Positions 9,991 through 23,771 of a stretch of 64,000 bases of DNA are shown here, piece by piece; positions within the stretch are counted from its first letter, which is position 1, and every line of letters begins with the position of its first letter. This DNA comes from Pirellulales bacterium (lineage in GTDB: Bacteria; Planctomycetota; Planctomycetia; Pirellulales; JAICIG01). Below the pieces are notes generated by a model. The model saw nothing but the letters and a program-made list of their open reading frames with translations, was not told where the DNA came from and ran no database searches. The translations under genes were made by a program, and so were the position numbers. The DNA is taken from contig JBBDYJ010000032.1 of assembly GCA_040901675.1 (NCBI GenBank), forward strand, positions 151,807 to 215,806, written 5' to 3'.

Positions 9991-10240
9991 ATCGGGCCGG
10001 TCCCGGGCCAGTCCCGGGCCAGCCTCCATGGAAAGGGAATCGCAGTACGCCGCCCGGGCTGCGGCCGCAGGACGAATGCCGAGCGTGCGAAGCCCGGCCG
10101 CCAGCGCGCTGGGTGCCGGCGGCCTCGACAACTCCAGCAACGCAGGAGCCCGCCGGCTGGAATGCGGCGCTGCGGCTGACTACGCTGGGGACGCGCGTAG
10201 GGGGCCATGGCTCAACCGTTGCAAACTGAGGGAACGCACC

Positions 10241-11095
10241 ATGAAAGATCGCCTGCTGACAATCGCACTGTCGGTCGCGGCCACGATGGGTCTTACCAAG
10301 GCTGAATCCCGGCAGCCGAGGGAGCTCGACGTGGACCGCCTGATCGTGCGCAAGGAGCTGATCGTGTCGGACACGGGCCAACCGTGGGAAAAAGGCTTCG
10401 AAGAGCATCAACTGCCTCGCGGCGTCTACGCGCGTTCGCTCGGCGACGGAGTGGGCGGGCTGTGGGTCCGCAGCCGGTTGATCAAGGGAGAAATCGACGA
10501 CCCGTTCGATGACCGCTTCCATGCGCTGGAGCGCGACGGCACCTTTCGACAAGCGCCCGGGCATATCTCGTGGAACGTGTGGATGGACGGCGCCTGGCGG
10601 CAGATGGCCATCATCCAGGGCGAGGGGCTCGAGCTGTCCGAAGTGCCCCTGGAACAATGGAGCGGCCAAACCCATCCCGGCCGCATCCGCTTTCAAACTT
10701 TTCGGCCCGGACACGGCGAGCCATTGACCGACGCGATCATCGGTCAGGGCATGATGTCGATCGGCGGAGGCGGCTACGGGGGCGGAGGACTCCCCTACCC
10801 CAGCGAAGTTCTTCAGCTCTGGGGAGGCCGGTTGGAGCAGGCCGCGGTGCCGGCGCCGGCCGCGCCGACCGTGGTCGAGGACGATGGCTCAGGCGAGCAT
10901 CACTACGCGATCGTGGCCGTCGGCGTGCAGGGTCGGCTGAGCCGGGCCTCGCCGGCGATCAAGGCCGAGGGCCTGGCCACGCTGCGCTGGGACAGCGTGG
11001 CGGGGGCCGACGCCTACGTTGTCGTGCGCGACGGCAAACAGATCGCCGGCCCGTTGCGCTTGGAGGGGTCGCAGAAGGAATGGACGGACCGGTAG
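10241..11095 (+). CDS. Secreted hypothetical protein, FN3-like C-terminus
   Basis: GAGG before ATG; signal-like N-terminus; LRWDSVAGADAYVVVRDG resembles FN3 strands. Confidence 0.65.
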   Translation: MKDRLLTIALSVAATMGLTKAESRQPRELDVDRLIVRKELIVSDTGQPWEKGFEEHQLPRGVYARSLGDGVGGLWVRSRLIKGEIDDPFDDRFHALERDGTFRQAPGHISWNVWMDGAWRQMAIIQGEGLELSEVPLEQWSGQTHPGRIRFQTFRPGHGEPLTDAIIGQGMMSIGGGGYGGGGLPYPSEVLQLWGGRLEQAAVPAPAAPTVVEDDGSGEHHYAIVAVGVQGRLSRASPAIKAEGLATLRWDSVAGADAYVVVRDGKQIAGPLRLEGSQKEWTDR

Positions 11096-11176
11096 GTGGC
11101 AGAAGCCGACCACCAAGGACGACGTTGGCGCTGGCCGGCACGTCTTGGCCACGAAGGGGCTTCCGTTCGGCGAATA

Positions 11177-11250
11177 ACCGGGCGGCAGCCCGAATTCTGG
11201 CGAATTCGGCTACACCGGGCGGCAGCCCGAATTCTGGCGAATTCGGCTAC
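11177..11250 (-). repeat. Tandem 37-bp duplication carrying REP family A (GTAGCCGAATTCGCCAGAATTCGG)
   Basis: accgggcggcagcccgaattctggcgaattcggctac twice, perfect. Confidence 0.85.
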
Positions 11251-11403
11251 ACCTGGTCGTTGGGCCCGAAGTTGACCGTGCCGCGGATTCCTGCTAGAAA
11301 CGAGGCCTCTGCCATGGCGGCGAAGCGGCCGGACGGGCTGGCCCAACGGTATAGAACAGCATGAAATCAGCGCCGCGCTTCGGCGCTTGGAAAGCGAGAA
11401 CAC

Positions 11404-11595
11404 GTGGGCGGTATCAGCGAACGGGGCAAGGAAATCAAGCGGCGGCGGCATCGCCGCAAGAAACTGGCGGCCTGGTCCAGAAGGCTCAAGAAGGCCACCG
11501 TCTCGGAACGCAATATGATCGCCGAGAAGATACGCCAGCTCACGCCGGGTGGCGAGGTGGTCATCCAGAACTGGCAACTCGCGACCGACCGGTAG
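11404..11595 (+). CDS. Small basic protein, DUF6800-like
   Basis: SERGKEIKRRRHRRKK...IAEKIRQLTPG pattern. Confidence 0.7.
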   Translation: MGGISERGKEIKRRRHRRKKLAAWSRRLKKATVSERNMIAEKIRQLTPGGEVVIQNWQLATDR

Positions 11596-11647
11596 GGGCC
11601 GGACCAATGGGGTCCTGAACCGGCCTTGGACCCCATAAATGGGGTCA

Positions 11648-11651
<4 letters not shown>
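11592..11651. repeat. Inverted REP doublet, family D
   Basis: Degenerate gtaggggccggaccaatggggtcc plus inverted gaccccataaatggggtcactac between convergent genes. Confidence 0.7.
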
Positions 11652-14326
<2,675 letters not shown>

Positions 14327-14390
14327 CGGCCTCGGCCCTGTTCCTGGAAAAAGCAGTTCCTTAAAAGAACGGTTCCTTAAGAGACGGGGC

Positions 14391-16310
14391 TCATTCCTTG
14401 ACCTCGAACTCGGCGTCGATCGTATCGTCGTCGGCCGCACCGCCCCGCGCGCCGCCATCGGCGCCATCGGCCCCCGGCGCGGCCGAAGCGGCCGTTGCCT
14501 TGGCGCCCGCTTCGTAGAGCGTCTTCGTCACGGCGTGCGAGGCCTGCTCCAGCTCCGCGATGGCGCTGCGGATGGCCTGCACGTCGCTGCCCTTGGCCAC
14601 CTCGCGGGTCTTGGCCACGGCGGCCTCCAGCGGCGCCTTGTCGTTGGGCCCGAGCTTATCGGCGTGCTCCTTCATCAGCTTTTCCATCTGGAAGCACATC
14701 GACTCGGCCTGGTTGCGCGCCTCGGCGAGCTCGCGCTTCTGCTTGTCCTCGGCCGCGTGGGATTCGGCGTCCTTGCGCATCTTTTCGATCTCGGCTTCCG
14801 ACAGGCCGCTCGACTGCTCGATACGGACCGTCTGCTCCTTGCCGGTGCCCAGGTCCTTGGCGGAGACGTTGAGGATGCCGTTGGCGTCGATGTCGAACTT
14901 GACCTCGATCTGCGGCACGCCGCGCGGCGCGGGCGCGATGCCTTCCAGGTTGAACTGGCCGAGCAGCCGGTTGTCGGCCGCCATCTCGCGTTCGCCCTGG
15001 AAGACCCGCACGGTGACCGCGGTCTGGTTGTCGTCGGCCGTGCTGAAGACGTTCTTTTTCTCGGTGGGAATCGTGGTGTTGCGGTCGATGAGCCGGGTCA
15101 TGATGCCGCCCAAGGTCTCGATGCCCAGCGACAAGGGCGTGACGTCCAGCAACAGCACGTCCTTGACTTCGCCGGCCAGCACGCCTCCCTGGATGGCCGC
15201 GCCCACGGCCACCACCTCGTCGGGGTTCACGCCCTTGTGGGGCTCCTTGTTGAACAGCTTCTTGACCAACTCCTGGACTTTCGGGATGCGGGTCGAGCCG
15301 CCCACCAGCACCACCTCGTCGATCTCGTGGGGCTGGAGCTTGGCGTCCTTCAGGGCCTGGAGCACCGGGCCGCGGCAGCGCTCGATCAAGTGATCGACCA
15401 ACTGCTCGAACTTGGAGCGGCTGATGTTCATCTGCAAATGCTTGGGCCCGCTGGCGTCGGCGGTGATGAACGGCAGGTTGATGTCGGTGGTGCTCGACGA
15501 GCTCAGCTCTTTCTTGGCCTTCTCGCAGGCTTCCTGCAGCCGCTGCAGAGCCATCGTGTCCTTGCGCAGGTCGATGCCCTGCTCTTTCTTGAACTCGTCG
15601 GCCACGTAGTTGATGAGCACCTGGTCGAAATCGTCGCCGCCCAGGTGAGTGTCGCCGTTGGTGCTGATCACCCGGAACAGGCCGTCGTCGACCTGCAGGA
15701 TTGACACATCGAACGTGCCGCCGCCCAGGTCGAAAACGACGATCTTCTCCGCCGTTTTCTTGTCCAAGCCGTAGGCCATGGCGGCGGCCGTCGGCTCGTT
15801 GATGATCCGGGCCACCTCCAGCCCGGCGATCTGCCCGGCATCCTTGGTTGCCTGGCGCTGGGCATCGTTGAAATAGGCCGGCACGGTGATCACTGCCTTG
15901 TTGATCTTGTGGCCCAAGTAGGCTTCGGCCGATTCTTTCAGCTTGCGGAGGATCTTGGCGGAGATTTCGGGCGGGGTGTACTCGTTGTCGCCGATCTTGA
16001 CCTTCACGTAGTCCTGGGGTCCACCCACGATCTTGTAGGGCACCATCTTCTCTTCGGTCGCCACCTCGTTGTGGCGGCGGCCCATGAAGCGCTTGATCGA
16101 GGAGACCGTGCGGGTGGGGTTGGTGACGGCCTGGCGGCGGGCCGGCTCTCCCACGAGAACGTCGCCCTTGTCGGTAAAGGCCACAACGCTCGGCGTCAGG
16201 CGGTTGCCTTCCTGATTGGGGATGACTTTGGCATCGCCACCCTCCATGACCGCCACGACCGAGTTGGTCGTTCCCAGGTCAATCCCGATAATCTTTTCGC
16301 CTTGTGCCAT
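14391..16310 (-). CDS. dnaK: Molecular chaperone DnaK
   Basis: [33 protein letters not shown]-terminal IDAEFEVK. Confidence 0.98.
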   Translation of the reverse strand: MAQGEKIIGIDLGTTNSVVAVMEGGDAKVIPNQEGNRLTPSVVAFTDKGDVLVGEPARRQAVTNPTRTVSSIKRFMGRRHNEVATEEKMVPYKIVGGPQDYVKVKIGDNEYTPPEISAKILRKLKESAEAYLGHKINKAVITVPAYFNDAQRQATKDAGQIAGLEVARIINEPTAAAMAYGLDKKTAEKIVVFDLGGGTFDVSILQVDDGLFRVISTNGDTHLGGDDFDQVLINYVADEFKKEQGIDLRKDTMALQRLQEACEKAKKELSSSSTTDINLPFITADASGPKHLQMNISRSKFEQLVDHLIERCRGPVLQALKDAKLQPHEIDEVVLVGGSTRIPKVQELVKKLFNKEPHKGVNPDEVVAVGAAIQGGVLAGEVKDVLLLDVTPLSLGIETLGGIMTRLIDRNTTIPTEKKNVFSTADDNQTAVTVRVFQGEREMAADNRLLGQFNLEGIAPAPRGVPQIEVKFDIDANGILNVSAKDLGTGKEQTVRIEQSSGLSEAEIEKMRKDAESHAAEDKQKRELAEARNQAESMCFQMEKLMKEHADKLGPNDKAPLEAAVAKTREVAKGSDVQAIRSAIAELEQASHAVTKTLYEAGAKATAASAAPGADGADGGARGGAADDDTIDAEFEVKE

Positions 16311-16446
16311 GTGCGTTTTTGCTCCTTACAACCTTCCGCTCGTGATCCCCGGCAGGTTCGCAGCGACCCCATTCATGGGGCCGTCTTTGCCGCTCCGCAC
16401 GACGGTGCACAAACTGGGCTAGTGCCCGTCAAACAGCAAGCTGGAA

Positions 16447-16463
16447 TAGCAAAGCTCATGCCA
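16447..16463 (-). promoter_or_regulatory. sigma-54 (-24/-12) promoter for dnaK-clpB
   Basis: Minus strand TGGCATGAGCTTTGCTA = GG-N10-GC, near the TGGCACG-N4-TTGCW consensus. Confidence 0.7.
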
Positions 16464-16562
16464 CCCATCGGCAGGGCCATCGAAAATGCTTTCACGGCAG
16501 GGACTTGTAGCCGACCACGCTGGGCGCGCGACCGATGCGCTGGTTGGGTGGTTCCCCGGGTC

Positions 16563-16615
16563 TGCCATTTTGACACGGCATTTTGCGCGCCTAGCCCGGT
16601 GCTGCCATAATGACA
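16563..16615. promoter_or_regulatory. Two imperfect palindromes TGCCA-N3-TGACA, candidate enhancer sites
   Basis: tgccattttgaca 16563-16575 and tgccataatgaca 16603-16615, 40 bp apart. Confidence 0.55.
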
Positions 16616-16622
16616 GAGGCGC

Positions 16623-16651
16623 TTGACACCCCTTCGGGCCGCCAGTACAAG
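16623..16651 (+). promoter_or_regulatory. sigma70-type promoter for pheA
   Basis: TTGACA-N17-TACAAG. Confidence 0.5.
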
Positions 16652-16716
16652 GGGCGAACGGCGCGCACCAGAAGCGATCTAGGTCATTGTCACGCCACAG
16701 CTTGAGAGAAATTGCG

Positions 16717-17814
16717 ATGGCCAAGGAGCCGCCCCCGCGAAGTGCGCGAAAACCAGCGCGGGGCGAGAGCGAAGCGAGCCTCAAGAACCAGTTGGAAAGG
16801 CTGGACCGCGAGCTCTTGAAGCTGTTCAACAGCCGTGCCAAGTTGATGGGGCAGCTCAGCCGAGTACACAGCGGCAATTCGCCCGCCGCCGAGCGTGACA
16901 CCGACGTTCTCGCCCAGAACAAGGGACCGCTCACCAACGACTGCGTGCGCTCGGTCTTCAGGGAGCTCGACAGCGGAGCCCGGGCTCTGGAGAAACCGTT
17001 GCGCGTGGCCGTGTTGGGGCCGGCGTACAGCTACAGCCACCTGGCCGCCCTGGAGCGTTTCGGCAGCAGCGTCGAGCACGTGCCGGTGGCCAGCATCTCG
17101 GCCGTATTCGAGGAAGTGAACCGCGGGCACGCCAACTACGGTGTGGTGCCGGTCGAGAACTCGACCGACGGCCGGATCGCCGACACCCTCGATATGTTTA
17201 CCCGGCTGCGCGTGCGGATTTGCGGCGAGGTGCAGTTGCGGATTCATCATCACCTGCTCGGCAAGTGCCCGCGCAGCGAGGTGACTGAGGTATACAGCAG
17301 GCCGCAGGCCCTTTCGCAGTGCCGCAACTGGCTGATTCGGCACCTGCCGGCCGCCCGGCCGATCGAAGTGACCAGCACTTCGACCGCGGCCCAACTGGCG
17401 CAGAACAAGCAAGGGGCCGCGGCGATTGCCAGCGTGCAAGCCGGCGTACACTACGGCCTGGAGGTGCTGGCCGAGAACATCGAGGATAACCAGGCCAATG
17501 TGACGCGGTTTGCGATCATCGGGGACGAGTCGGCCACGCGGACGGGGCACGACAAGACGGCGGCGATGTTCGAAGTAGAACACCGGCCGGGGTCACTGGC
17601 CGACGCCATGGCCATCTTCAAGCGCAACCGTTTGAACCTGACATGGATCGAATCGTTTCCGATCCCCCGCCAGGAGGGTGGCTACCTGTTTTTCATCGAG
17701 CTGGACGGGCACGAGAACGAAGTGCGGGTGCGGAGGGCCCTGGAGTCGCTGGGGAAGCGCGCGCTGCGGCTGGAGGTGCTCGGGTCGTATCCGCGCAGCC
17801 AGCCGGTCGGCTGA
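16717..17814 (+). CDS. pheA: Chorismate mutase/prephenate dehydratase
   Basis: Short CM-like N-terminus; LGPAYSYS, VPVENSTDG, QALSQC, NVTRF; ACT domain. Confidence 0.92.
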   Translation: MAKEPPPRSARKPARGESEASLKNQLERLDRELLKLFNSRAKLMGQLSRVHSGNSPAAERDTDVLAQNKGPLTNDCVRSVFRELDSGARALEKPLRVAVLGPAYSYSHLAALERFGSSVEHVPVASISAVFEEVNRGHANYGVVPVENSTDGRIADTLDMFTRLRVRICGEVQLRIHHHLLGKCPRSEVTEVYSRPQALSQCRNWLIRHLPAARPIEVTSTSTAAQLAQNKQGAAAIASVQAGVHYGLEVLAENIEDNQANVTRFAIIGDESATRTGHDKTAAMFEVEHRPGSLADAMAIFKRNRLNLTWIESFPIPRQEGGYLFFIELDGHENEVRVRRALESLGKRALRLEVLGSYPRSQPVG

Positions 17815-17836
17815 ACGCGGTGGAGGGGGAGGCGAC

Positions 17837-18156
17837 TCGAGGTAGCAGGACTCGCCAGAGTTCTGGTGACGGCCACGGCCCGAATTCTGGCGCTCTCCGG
17901 CTACCAGCGGGCGATAGCACCCCGCGCAGCACTGCTTCTTCCGCCTGCGGCGGACCGCGGCCGGCGTCCTGCGAAGCAGTGGCACACGATTCTTCGAGGT
18001 AGCGGGGCTCGCCAGAGTTCTGGTGACGGGCCACGGCCCGAATTCTGGCGAATCCGGCTACCAGCGGGCGATAGCACCCCGCGCAGCACTGCTTCTCGGA
18101 CGCCGCGGCCGGCGTCCTGCGAAGCAGTGGCACACGATTCTGGCGAATTCGGCTAC
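17837..18156. repeat. BIME-like mosaic: duplicated unit of about 157 bp with a family A doublet plus a family B pair
   Basis: Units 17837-17993 and 17994-18140 nearly identical, then a partial family A copy to 18156. Confidence 0.85.
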
Positions 18157-18244
18157 GGGCAGAGCCCTAGAGGGCAGGCGATCCGCGAATTTGGTACACT
18201 TCCAGCGGTACTATCGACCCGTTCACCCCTGATTCGGCCTGCCT

Positions 18245-19378
18245 GTGATCATCGTCCTGAAGCCTGACGTCACCGAAGATCAAATCGAGCACGTGGTCCA
18301 GCGCGTGGAGGCGTTGGGCCTGCGGGCCCATCTGAGCCGGGGCACGTATCGGACCATTATCGGCGTGATTGGCGACGAAACGGTCGTTCGCTCCGCTCCG
18401 CTGGAAGCGATTCCCGGCGTGGCGAGCGTCATGCCGATCCTGCCCCCGTTCAAGCTGGCCAGCAACGAGGCCCAACCCGAACCCACCGTAGTGGACGTGG
18501 CGGGCATAAAGATCGGCGGCGGCTACCTGGCCATGATCGCGGGCCCGTGCGCGGTCGAAGGGGCCGAGCGGATGGATGCGATCGCCGCTGCTATCAAGTC
18601 GGCCGGTGCCAACCTGCTGCGGGGCGGCGCCTTCAAGCCACGGACCAGCCCCTATGCCTACCAGGGCATGGGCGAGGAAGGCCTGAAGATCTTGCGTGAC
18701 ACGGGCGACCGTCACGGCCTGCCCGTGGTCACCGAGGTCATGGACCCGCGCCGGGTGGAACTGGTGTACCGCTACGCCGACATGTTTCAGATCGGCGCCC
18801 GCAACATGCAGAACTTCAACTTGCTGACCGAAGTGGGACAAACCCGCAAGCCCGTGCTGCTCAAGCGGGGCATGAGCGCCACCATCAAAGATCTGCTGAT
18901 GAGCGCCGAATACATCCTGTCGGAGGGCAACAGCGCCGTGGTCTTGTGCGAGCGGGGAGTCCGAGGCTTCGACCCGGCGACTCGCAACCTGTTCGACGTG
19001 GCGGCCGTGCCCGCCACCAAGGCCTTGTCGCACTTGCCGATCATCGTCGATCCGAGCCATGCCACGGGCCGCCCCGATCTGATCGGCCCCTGCGCCCTGG
19101 CGGGCGTGGCGGCCGGGGCCGACGGCGTGCACGTCGAGGTTCACAACTGCCCGGAGGAAGCTCTGTCGGACGGCCCGCAGGCCTTGCTGCCCGACCAGTA
19201 CAGGGAGCTGGCAAGCCAGATCCGTTCGTTGGCCGGCCTGTTGGGTAAGACCATTTCGACCCTGGACCGGGGCGGCATTGCCGGCGTCGCGGCCGGCCCC
19301 GATCGGTCGGGAGCCCAGCCGGCTGCCCCGGGCGCGTCCAAAGCGGCCGCGGCTGTCGCCAAGGGAGGCGCCTCTTGA
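18245..19378 (+). CDS. aroF: DAHP synthase type I-beta with N-terminal regulatory domain
   Basis: [38 protein letters not shown]. Confidence 0.93.
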   Translation: MIIVLKPDVTEDQIEHVVQRVEALGLRAHLSRGTYRTIIGVIGDETVVRSAPLEAIPGVASVMPILPPFKLASNEAQPEPTVVDVAGIKIGGGYLAMIAGPCAVEGAERMDAIAAAIKSAGANLLRGGAFKPRTSPYAYQGMGEEGLKILRDTGDRHGLPVVTEVMDPRRVELVYRYADMFQIGARNMQNFNLLTEVGQTRKPVLLKRGMSATIKDLLMSAEYILSEGNSAVVLCERGVRGFDPATRNLFDVAAVPATKALSHLPIIVDPSHATGRPDLIGPCALAGVAAGADGVHVEVHNCPEEALSDGPQALLPDQYRELASQIRSLAGLLGKTISTLDRGGIAGVAAGPDRSGAQPAAPGASKAAAAVAKGGAS

Positions 19379-20133
19379 GAAGACCGTTCGTCGCGGGCAA
19401 CTGGAAGATGAACCTCGACCGCGGCGAGTCGATGGCCCTGGCCCGCGCGGTGGCCGACGGCGCCCGCGGTTTGGCCGGCATCGAGCTGGCGGTTTGCCCC
19501 GCCAGCGTGTATCTGGACGCTGTTTCGGCGGTGCTGGCGGGCAGTTCCGTCGGGCTGGGCGCTCAGAACATGTACCATGAGGCGGCCGGAGCGTTCACGG
19601 GCGAGATCAGCGCGGCGATGCTCGTCGACGTGGGCTGCCGCTACGTGATCCTGGGCCACAGCGAGCGGCGGCACCTGTTGTGCGAGACCGACGGCGACGT
19701 CAACCACAAGCTGCACGCGGCGCTGGCGGCCGGTCTGACGCCGATTGTCTGCGTCGGCGAAATGCTGGGCGAGCGGGAAGCCGGACGGACCTCCGAGGTG
19801 ATTCACCGGCAGTTCCAGGGCTCGCTGGCGGGCCTCTCGGCCGAACAGGCGCCGCGGGTGGTGATCGCCTACGAGCCGGTGTGGGCCATTGGAACGGGCA
19901 AGGTGGCCACCCCGGAACAAGCCGAGGAGGTACACGTCGATCTTCGCAAAATGTTGGCGGCCCGGTACAATCCAGAGGTGGCCGAATCGGTGCGGATCCA
20001 GTACGGCGGCAGCGTCAAGCCGGCCAACGCGGCCGAACTGCTGCATCAGCCGAATGTCGATGGGGCGCTCGTCGGGGGCGCCAGTCTCAAGGCCGACGAT
20101 TTTCTGGCCATTGCCGCCGCCGGCAAAGCATGA
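19375..20133 (+). CDS. tpiA: Triosephosphate isomerase
   Basis: [36 protein letters not shown]. Confidence 0.97.
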   Translation: MRRPFVAGNWKMNLDRGESMALARAVADGARGLAGIELAVCPASVYLDAVSAVLAGSSVGLGAQNMYHEAAGAFTGEISAAMLVDVGCRYVILGHSERRHLLCETDGDVNHKLHAALAAGLTPIVCVGEMLGEREAGRTSEVIHRQFQGSLAGLSAEQAPRVVIAYEPVWAIGTGKVATPEQAEEVHVDLRKMLAARYNPEVAESVRIQYGGSVKPANAAELLHQPNVDGALVGGASLKADDFLAIAAAGKA

Positions 20134-20171
20134 GCCCCGACCGACGTGCCGGCCAAACGTAGGAGCGAGTT

Positions 20172-20684
20172 ATGGGTCCTTTGTTCATGATTCTGATGTT
20201 CTTTACCGGCCTGTTCCTGATCGTGCTGGTGCTGTTGCAGCGCGGCCGGGGCGGCGGCCTGGCCGGCGCCCTGGGCGGCATGGGCGGTCAGAGCGCTTTC
20301 GGCGCCAAGGCGGGCGACATGTTCACCAGGATCACGGCGGCCGTGGCCGTGTTCTGGATTCTGCTGTGCGTCGGCGCGGTCAAGTATTTCAGCCCGGAGA
20401 GCGACGCCTTCGACGAAGGGTTGGGCGGAGCGGCCGTGGAACAACCGCTGGACGACGCCGGTCTGCCGAGAGATGCCGCTGGCCGCAGCCGGGGCGGCGA
20501 AGGGGGCGCCAAGGCGGGCACGGGCGGAGCCTCCGGGACGAAAGCCGGCGGTGCAAAAGGCGCGTCCAGCACCAAGTCCGCAACGGGCAGTCCCAACGGT
20601 GCAACGGGCGACCGCGGCGTGGAGGCGGAGACGGAACCACCCGCCTCCCGGGAGAAAGCGAGCGGGTCGTCGGCTGAAAAGTAA
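20172..20684 (+). CDS. secG: Preprotein translocase SecG with long Gly/Ala tail
   Basis: LVLLQRGRGGGL...SAFG...FTRIT; follows tpiA. Confidence 0.9.
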   Translation: MGPLFMILMFFTGLFLIVLVLLQRGRGGGLAGALGGMGGQSAFGAKAGDMFTRITAAVAVFWILLCVGAVKYFSPESDAFDEGLGGAAVEQPLDDAGLPRDAAGRSRGGEGGAKAGTGGASGTKAGGAKGASSTKSATGSPNGATGDRGVEAETEPPASREKASGSSAEK

Positions 20685-20732
20685 ACGGCTGGATCGGATC
20701 GCCAGACTCACTTGCTTCGGAGTTCTTCCCCC

Positions 20733-21611
20733 TTGCTGCTGAGCATGACCGGCTTCGGAGAGGCGCGGCGCCAGAACGAGTCGCTGGTCGTGTCGGTGGA
20801 AGTGCGCACGATCAACGGCCGCTATTTCAAGCTGGCGTTGAAGTGCCCCGAGGGGTACGGCGGCTGGGAGGCGGAGATCGAAAACCTGGTGCGGCACCGG
20901 ATCCGCCGGGGCTCGGTGCAGGTCTCGCTGCGGGTGGACCACTTGGGCAGCGTCGACGCCTATCGGCTGGACCCCGCGGTGCTGGCAGGCTATCGCCGCC
21001 AGATCAACGAGTTGAACCGCCAGTGGAACCTGACCGACAGCGTGCGGCTGGAATCGCTGCTGAGCCTGCCCGGCGTGGTGCTGGAGGGCAACCCCGCCGT
21101 CCTGGAGAGCGAGTGGCCGCTGGTCCGCGAGACGCTCCAGGAAGCGATGCAGAACCTGGATCGCATGCGGGGCGACGAGGGCCAGGCCATGGCGGACGAT
21201 CTGGCGGCCAATTGCCGCTTGATCGCCGCCGAGCTGGACGGGATTGCGGGGCGGGCCCCGGCCGTCGTGGAGGCGTATCGCGCGCGGCTGGCAGAGCGGC
21301 TGCAAACGCTGCTCTCGGAGTACTCGGTCACGCTCGATCCGGCGGACCTGATCAAGGAAGTCGGCATTTTTGCGGAGCGGAGCGACATCTCCGAAGAAAT
21401 CGTCCGGCTGCGCAGCCATCTGGAGCAGTTCGATACCATCATGGACCAGGCCGAGAGTGCCGGCCGCAAGCTAGAATTTCTTACCCAGGAGATGTTTCGC
21501 GAAACCAACACGATCGGCTCCAAGGCCGGCGACGTGCAAATCGCGCGGCACGTGATCGAGGTCAAGGCGGCCATCGAACGGATCCGCGAAATGATCCAGA
21601 ACATCGAGTGA
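20733..21611 (+). CDS. yicC: YicC/YloC family endoribonuclease
   Basis: [44 protein letters not shown]. Confidence 0.93.
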   Translation: MLLSMTGFGEARRQNESLVVSVEVRTINGRYFKLALKCPEGYGGWEAEIENLVRHRIRRGSVQVSLRVDHLGSVDAYRLDPAVLAGYRRQINELNRQWNLTDSVRLESLLSLPGVVLEGNPAVLESEWPLVRETLQEAMQNLDRMRGDEGQAMADDLAANCRLIAAELDGIAGRAPAVVEAYRARLAERLQTLLSEYSVTLDPADLIKEVGIFAERSDISEEIVRLRSHLEQFDTIMDQAESAGRKLEFLTQEMFRETNTIGSKAGDVQIARHVIEVKAAIERIREMIQNIE

Positions 21612-21651
21612 CTGCATCGGCAATGCGGCTGCGCGCCGAGGAGTTCACGGC

Positions 21652-22230
21652 ATGGCGACCGTCGCGGGAGGCAAGCTGGTGGTGATTTCGGGCCCCAGCG
21701 GCGCGGGCAAGACCACGCTGTTGAAGCAGCTCTACGCCCGGTCGCGCGCCCCGCTGGTGCCCAGCGTGTCGGCCACCACCCGTGCTCCGCGGCGCGGCGA
21801 AGTGGATGGAGTGGACTATCACTTTCTCACCCCGGACGAGTTCGCCCGGCGGCGGGAGGCGGGCGAGTTTCTCGAGTGTTGCGAGGTTTTTGGGCGGGGG
21901 GACTGGTACGGGACGCTCAAGAGCGAGGTCACCCCTAGCCTCGCCGCGGGTAAATGGGTAGTCTTAGAAATCGACGTTCAGGGCATGCTGGCGGTGCTGG
22001 AGCATTATCCCGACGCGCTGACCATCTTCGTCCGCCCCGGATCGGCCGCGGAGTTGGAACGCCGTCTCCGCGATCGGGGCACCGAGAGTGAGGCCGCACT
22101 GGCGCGGCGGCTGGAAGTGGCTCGCCACGAGTTGTCGTTCGCCGACCGCTACCGCTACCAGGTCGTCAACGACGACGTCGAGCGGGCCGTCCGGGAGATT
22201 TGTGAAATTCTTTCCACTTGTGGAGGTTGA
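21652..22230 (+). CDS. gmk: Guanylate kinase
   Basis: [37 protein letters not shown]. Confidence 0.95.
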   Translation: MATVAGGKLVVISGPSGAGKTTLLKQLYARSRAPLVPSVSATTRAPRRGEVDGVDYHFLTPDEFARRREAGEFLECCEVFGRGDWYGTLKSEVTPSLAAGKWVVLEIDVQGMLAVLEHYPDALTIFVRPGSAAELERRLRDRGTESEAALARRLEVARHELSFADRYRYQVVNDDVERAVREICEILSTCGG

Positions 22231-22235
22231 CCGAG

Positions 22236-22499
22236 ATGCTTGACGATCTTCGCGAGGAAGCGATCGTGAACAAGGTGGGTGGCCGCTTCAAACTTTCGAC
22301 CCTGATCCAGAAGCGGCTCGTCGCCTTGAACGGTGGCAGCCGACCGCTGGTCGACCTGAACACCAACGACAAGCTGGAAATCGTGATTCAGGAGATCATC
22401 CAGGACAAAATCTACCTGGACACTTCGGCCACCGTGCGCGTGACCGGGCAGCCGGACGAAGGCGGAGGGCCCCCCGAACTCGACCTGAGCAACCTCTAG
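22236..22499 (+). CDS. rpoZ: RNA polymerase omega subunit
   Basis: [15 protein letters not shown]; gmk-rpoZ-coa synteny. Confidence 0.85.
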   Translation: MLDDLREEAIVNKVGGRFKLSTLIQKRLVALNGGSRPLVDLNTNDKLEIVIQEIIQDKIYLDTSATVRVTGQPDEGGGPPELDLSNL

Positions 22500-22519
22500 C
22501 GCCCCGAAGGGGGCCACGC

Positions 22520-23059
22520 ATGAAGGGCCGCGAACTCGTAATCGGCGTGACCGGAGGCGTTTCCGCTTACAAGACGGCCGCCCTGGTCAGCCAGTTGGTG
22601 CAGGCCGGCGCGGGCGTCTCGGTGGTCATGACGCACGCTGCCCTCGAGTTCATCGGCCCCAGCACGTTCGAGGCTTTGACCGGACGGCCGGTGCACCGCC
22701 AGGTCTTCCACGAAGCGGGACATCCCCTGGGCGCCCACATCGACCTGGCCGAGCGGGCCGAGCTGTTGTGCGTGGCGCCGGCCACCGCGAACTTTCTGGC
22801 CAAGGCGGCCTGCGGGATGGCCGACGACCTGCTGAGCACGCTGGTGCTCTCGTTTTCGCGGACGCTGGTGGTGGCGCCGGCGATGAACTGCGAGATGTGG
22901 GCCAAGGCTTCCGTGCAGCGCAACGTCGAGCAACTCCGCCGCGACGGCGCGGTGATTGTCGATCCGGAGGAGGGTTGGCTCAGTTGCCGCAAGCAAGGTG
23001 CGGGACGGATGGCTTCGCCCGAAACGATTCGCGCCGTGATCGAACAACGGCTTCAATAA
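22520..23059 (+). CDS. coaC: Phosphopantothenoylcysteine decarboxylase (stand-alone)
   Basis: GVTGGVSAYK, HIDLA, APATAN, PAMN, GRM. Confidence 0.88.
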   Translation: MKGRELVIGVTGGVSAYKTAALVSQLVQAGAGVSVVMTHAALEFIGPSTFEALTGRPVHRQVFHEAGHPLGAHIDLAERAELLCVAPATANFLAKAACGMADDLLSTLVLSFSRTLVVAPAMNCEMWAKASVQRNVEQLRRDGAVIVDPEEGWLSCRKQGAGRMASPETIRAVIEQRLQ

Positions 23060-23078
23060 GGGCCGGTGCCGCATCCCC

Positions 23079-23771
23079 GTGGCTCGCATCCTGATCACCT
23101 CCGGTCCCACGCGGCAATACCTCGACCCGGTCCGTTATCTGACGAACGCTTCGAGCGGGCGAATGGGCCGGGCCCTGGCCGACGCGGCCCTGGAGGCGGG
23201 ACACAGCGTGGTCGTGGTGAGCGGCCCGGTCGAAGTCACGTACCCGGCCGCGGCCGAAGTGATCGACGTGATTTCGACGGAGGAGATGCTGGAAGCGTGC
23301 CGGCGGGTTTTTCCGGCCTGCGACGGCCTGGTGGGCGTGGCCGCCCCCTGCGATTATCGGCCGGTGCGCGTGGCGGATGGCAAGATCCAAAAGACCGGGC
23401 AGCCGCTGGAGCTGCGCCTGGTTGAAACGCCCGACGTCGTGGCCACGCTGGGGGCGGAGAAACAGCACCAATGGCTGGTCGGGTTCGCGCTGGAGACCGA
23501 CGACCACCGCCTGCGGGCTTTGGCCAAGCTGGAAAAGAAGAGCTGCGATCTGATGGTCCTCAACAGCCCCGCGGCGATGAGCGCCTTGGACACCCAGGTG
23601 GAGGTAATCGACCGCGACGGGCGGGTGATCCAAGCGCTGGCCGGGACGAAAGAAGAAGTGGCCCGCGGCATCTTTGCCGTGATCGAGGAGCGGCTGGTGA
23701 GGAAAGGAGGAAGGAGGAAGGCAGAGGGCAGAGGGCAGAGGGCAGAAGGCAGAAGGCCGGAGAAGGAATAA
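23079..23771 (+). CDS. coaB: Phosphopantothenate-cysteine ligase (stand-alone)
   Basis: ITSGPTRQYLDPVRYLTNASSGRMG, VGFALET. Confidence 0.88.
   Translation: MARILITSGPTRQYLDPVRYLTNASSGRMGRALADAALEAGHSVVVVSGPVEVTYPAAAEVIDVISTEEMLEACRRVFPACDGLVGVAAPCDYRPVRVADGKIQKTGQPLELRLVETPDVVATLGAEKQHQWLVGFALETDDHRLRALAKLEKKSCDLMVLNSPAAMSALDTQVEVIDRDGRVIQALAGTKEEVARGIFAVIEERLVRKGGRRKAEGRGQRAEGRRPEKE

Noticed and set aside
9990..10240. Riboswitch or ncRNA upstream of the secreted protein
   Set aside because: Only generic GC-rich hairpins; no recognisable motif or terminator
11177..11250. 37-bp direct repeat as a mini-CRISPR
   Set aside because: Units are directly adjacent with no spacer
16310..16690. CIRCE (HrcA) operator upstream of dnaK
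   Set aside because: No TTAGCACTC-N9-GAGTGCTAA found
22520..23771. Split coaBC as a frameshifted pseudogene
   Set aside because: Both halves have their own start, stop and complete motifs; split forms are known
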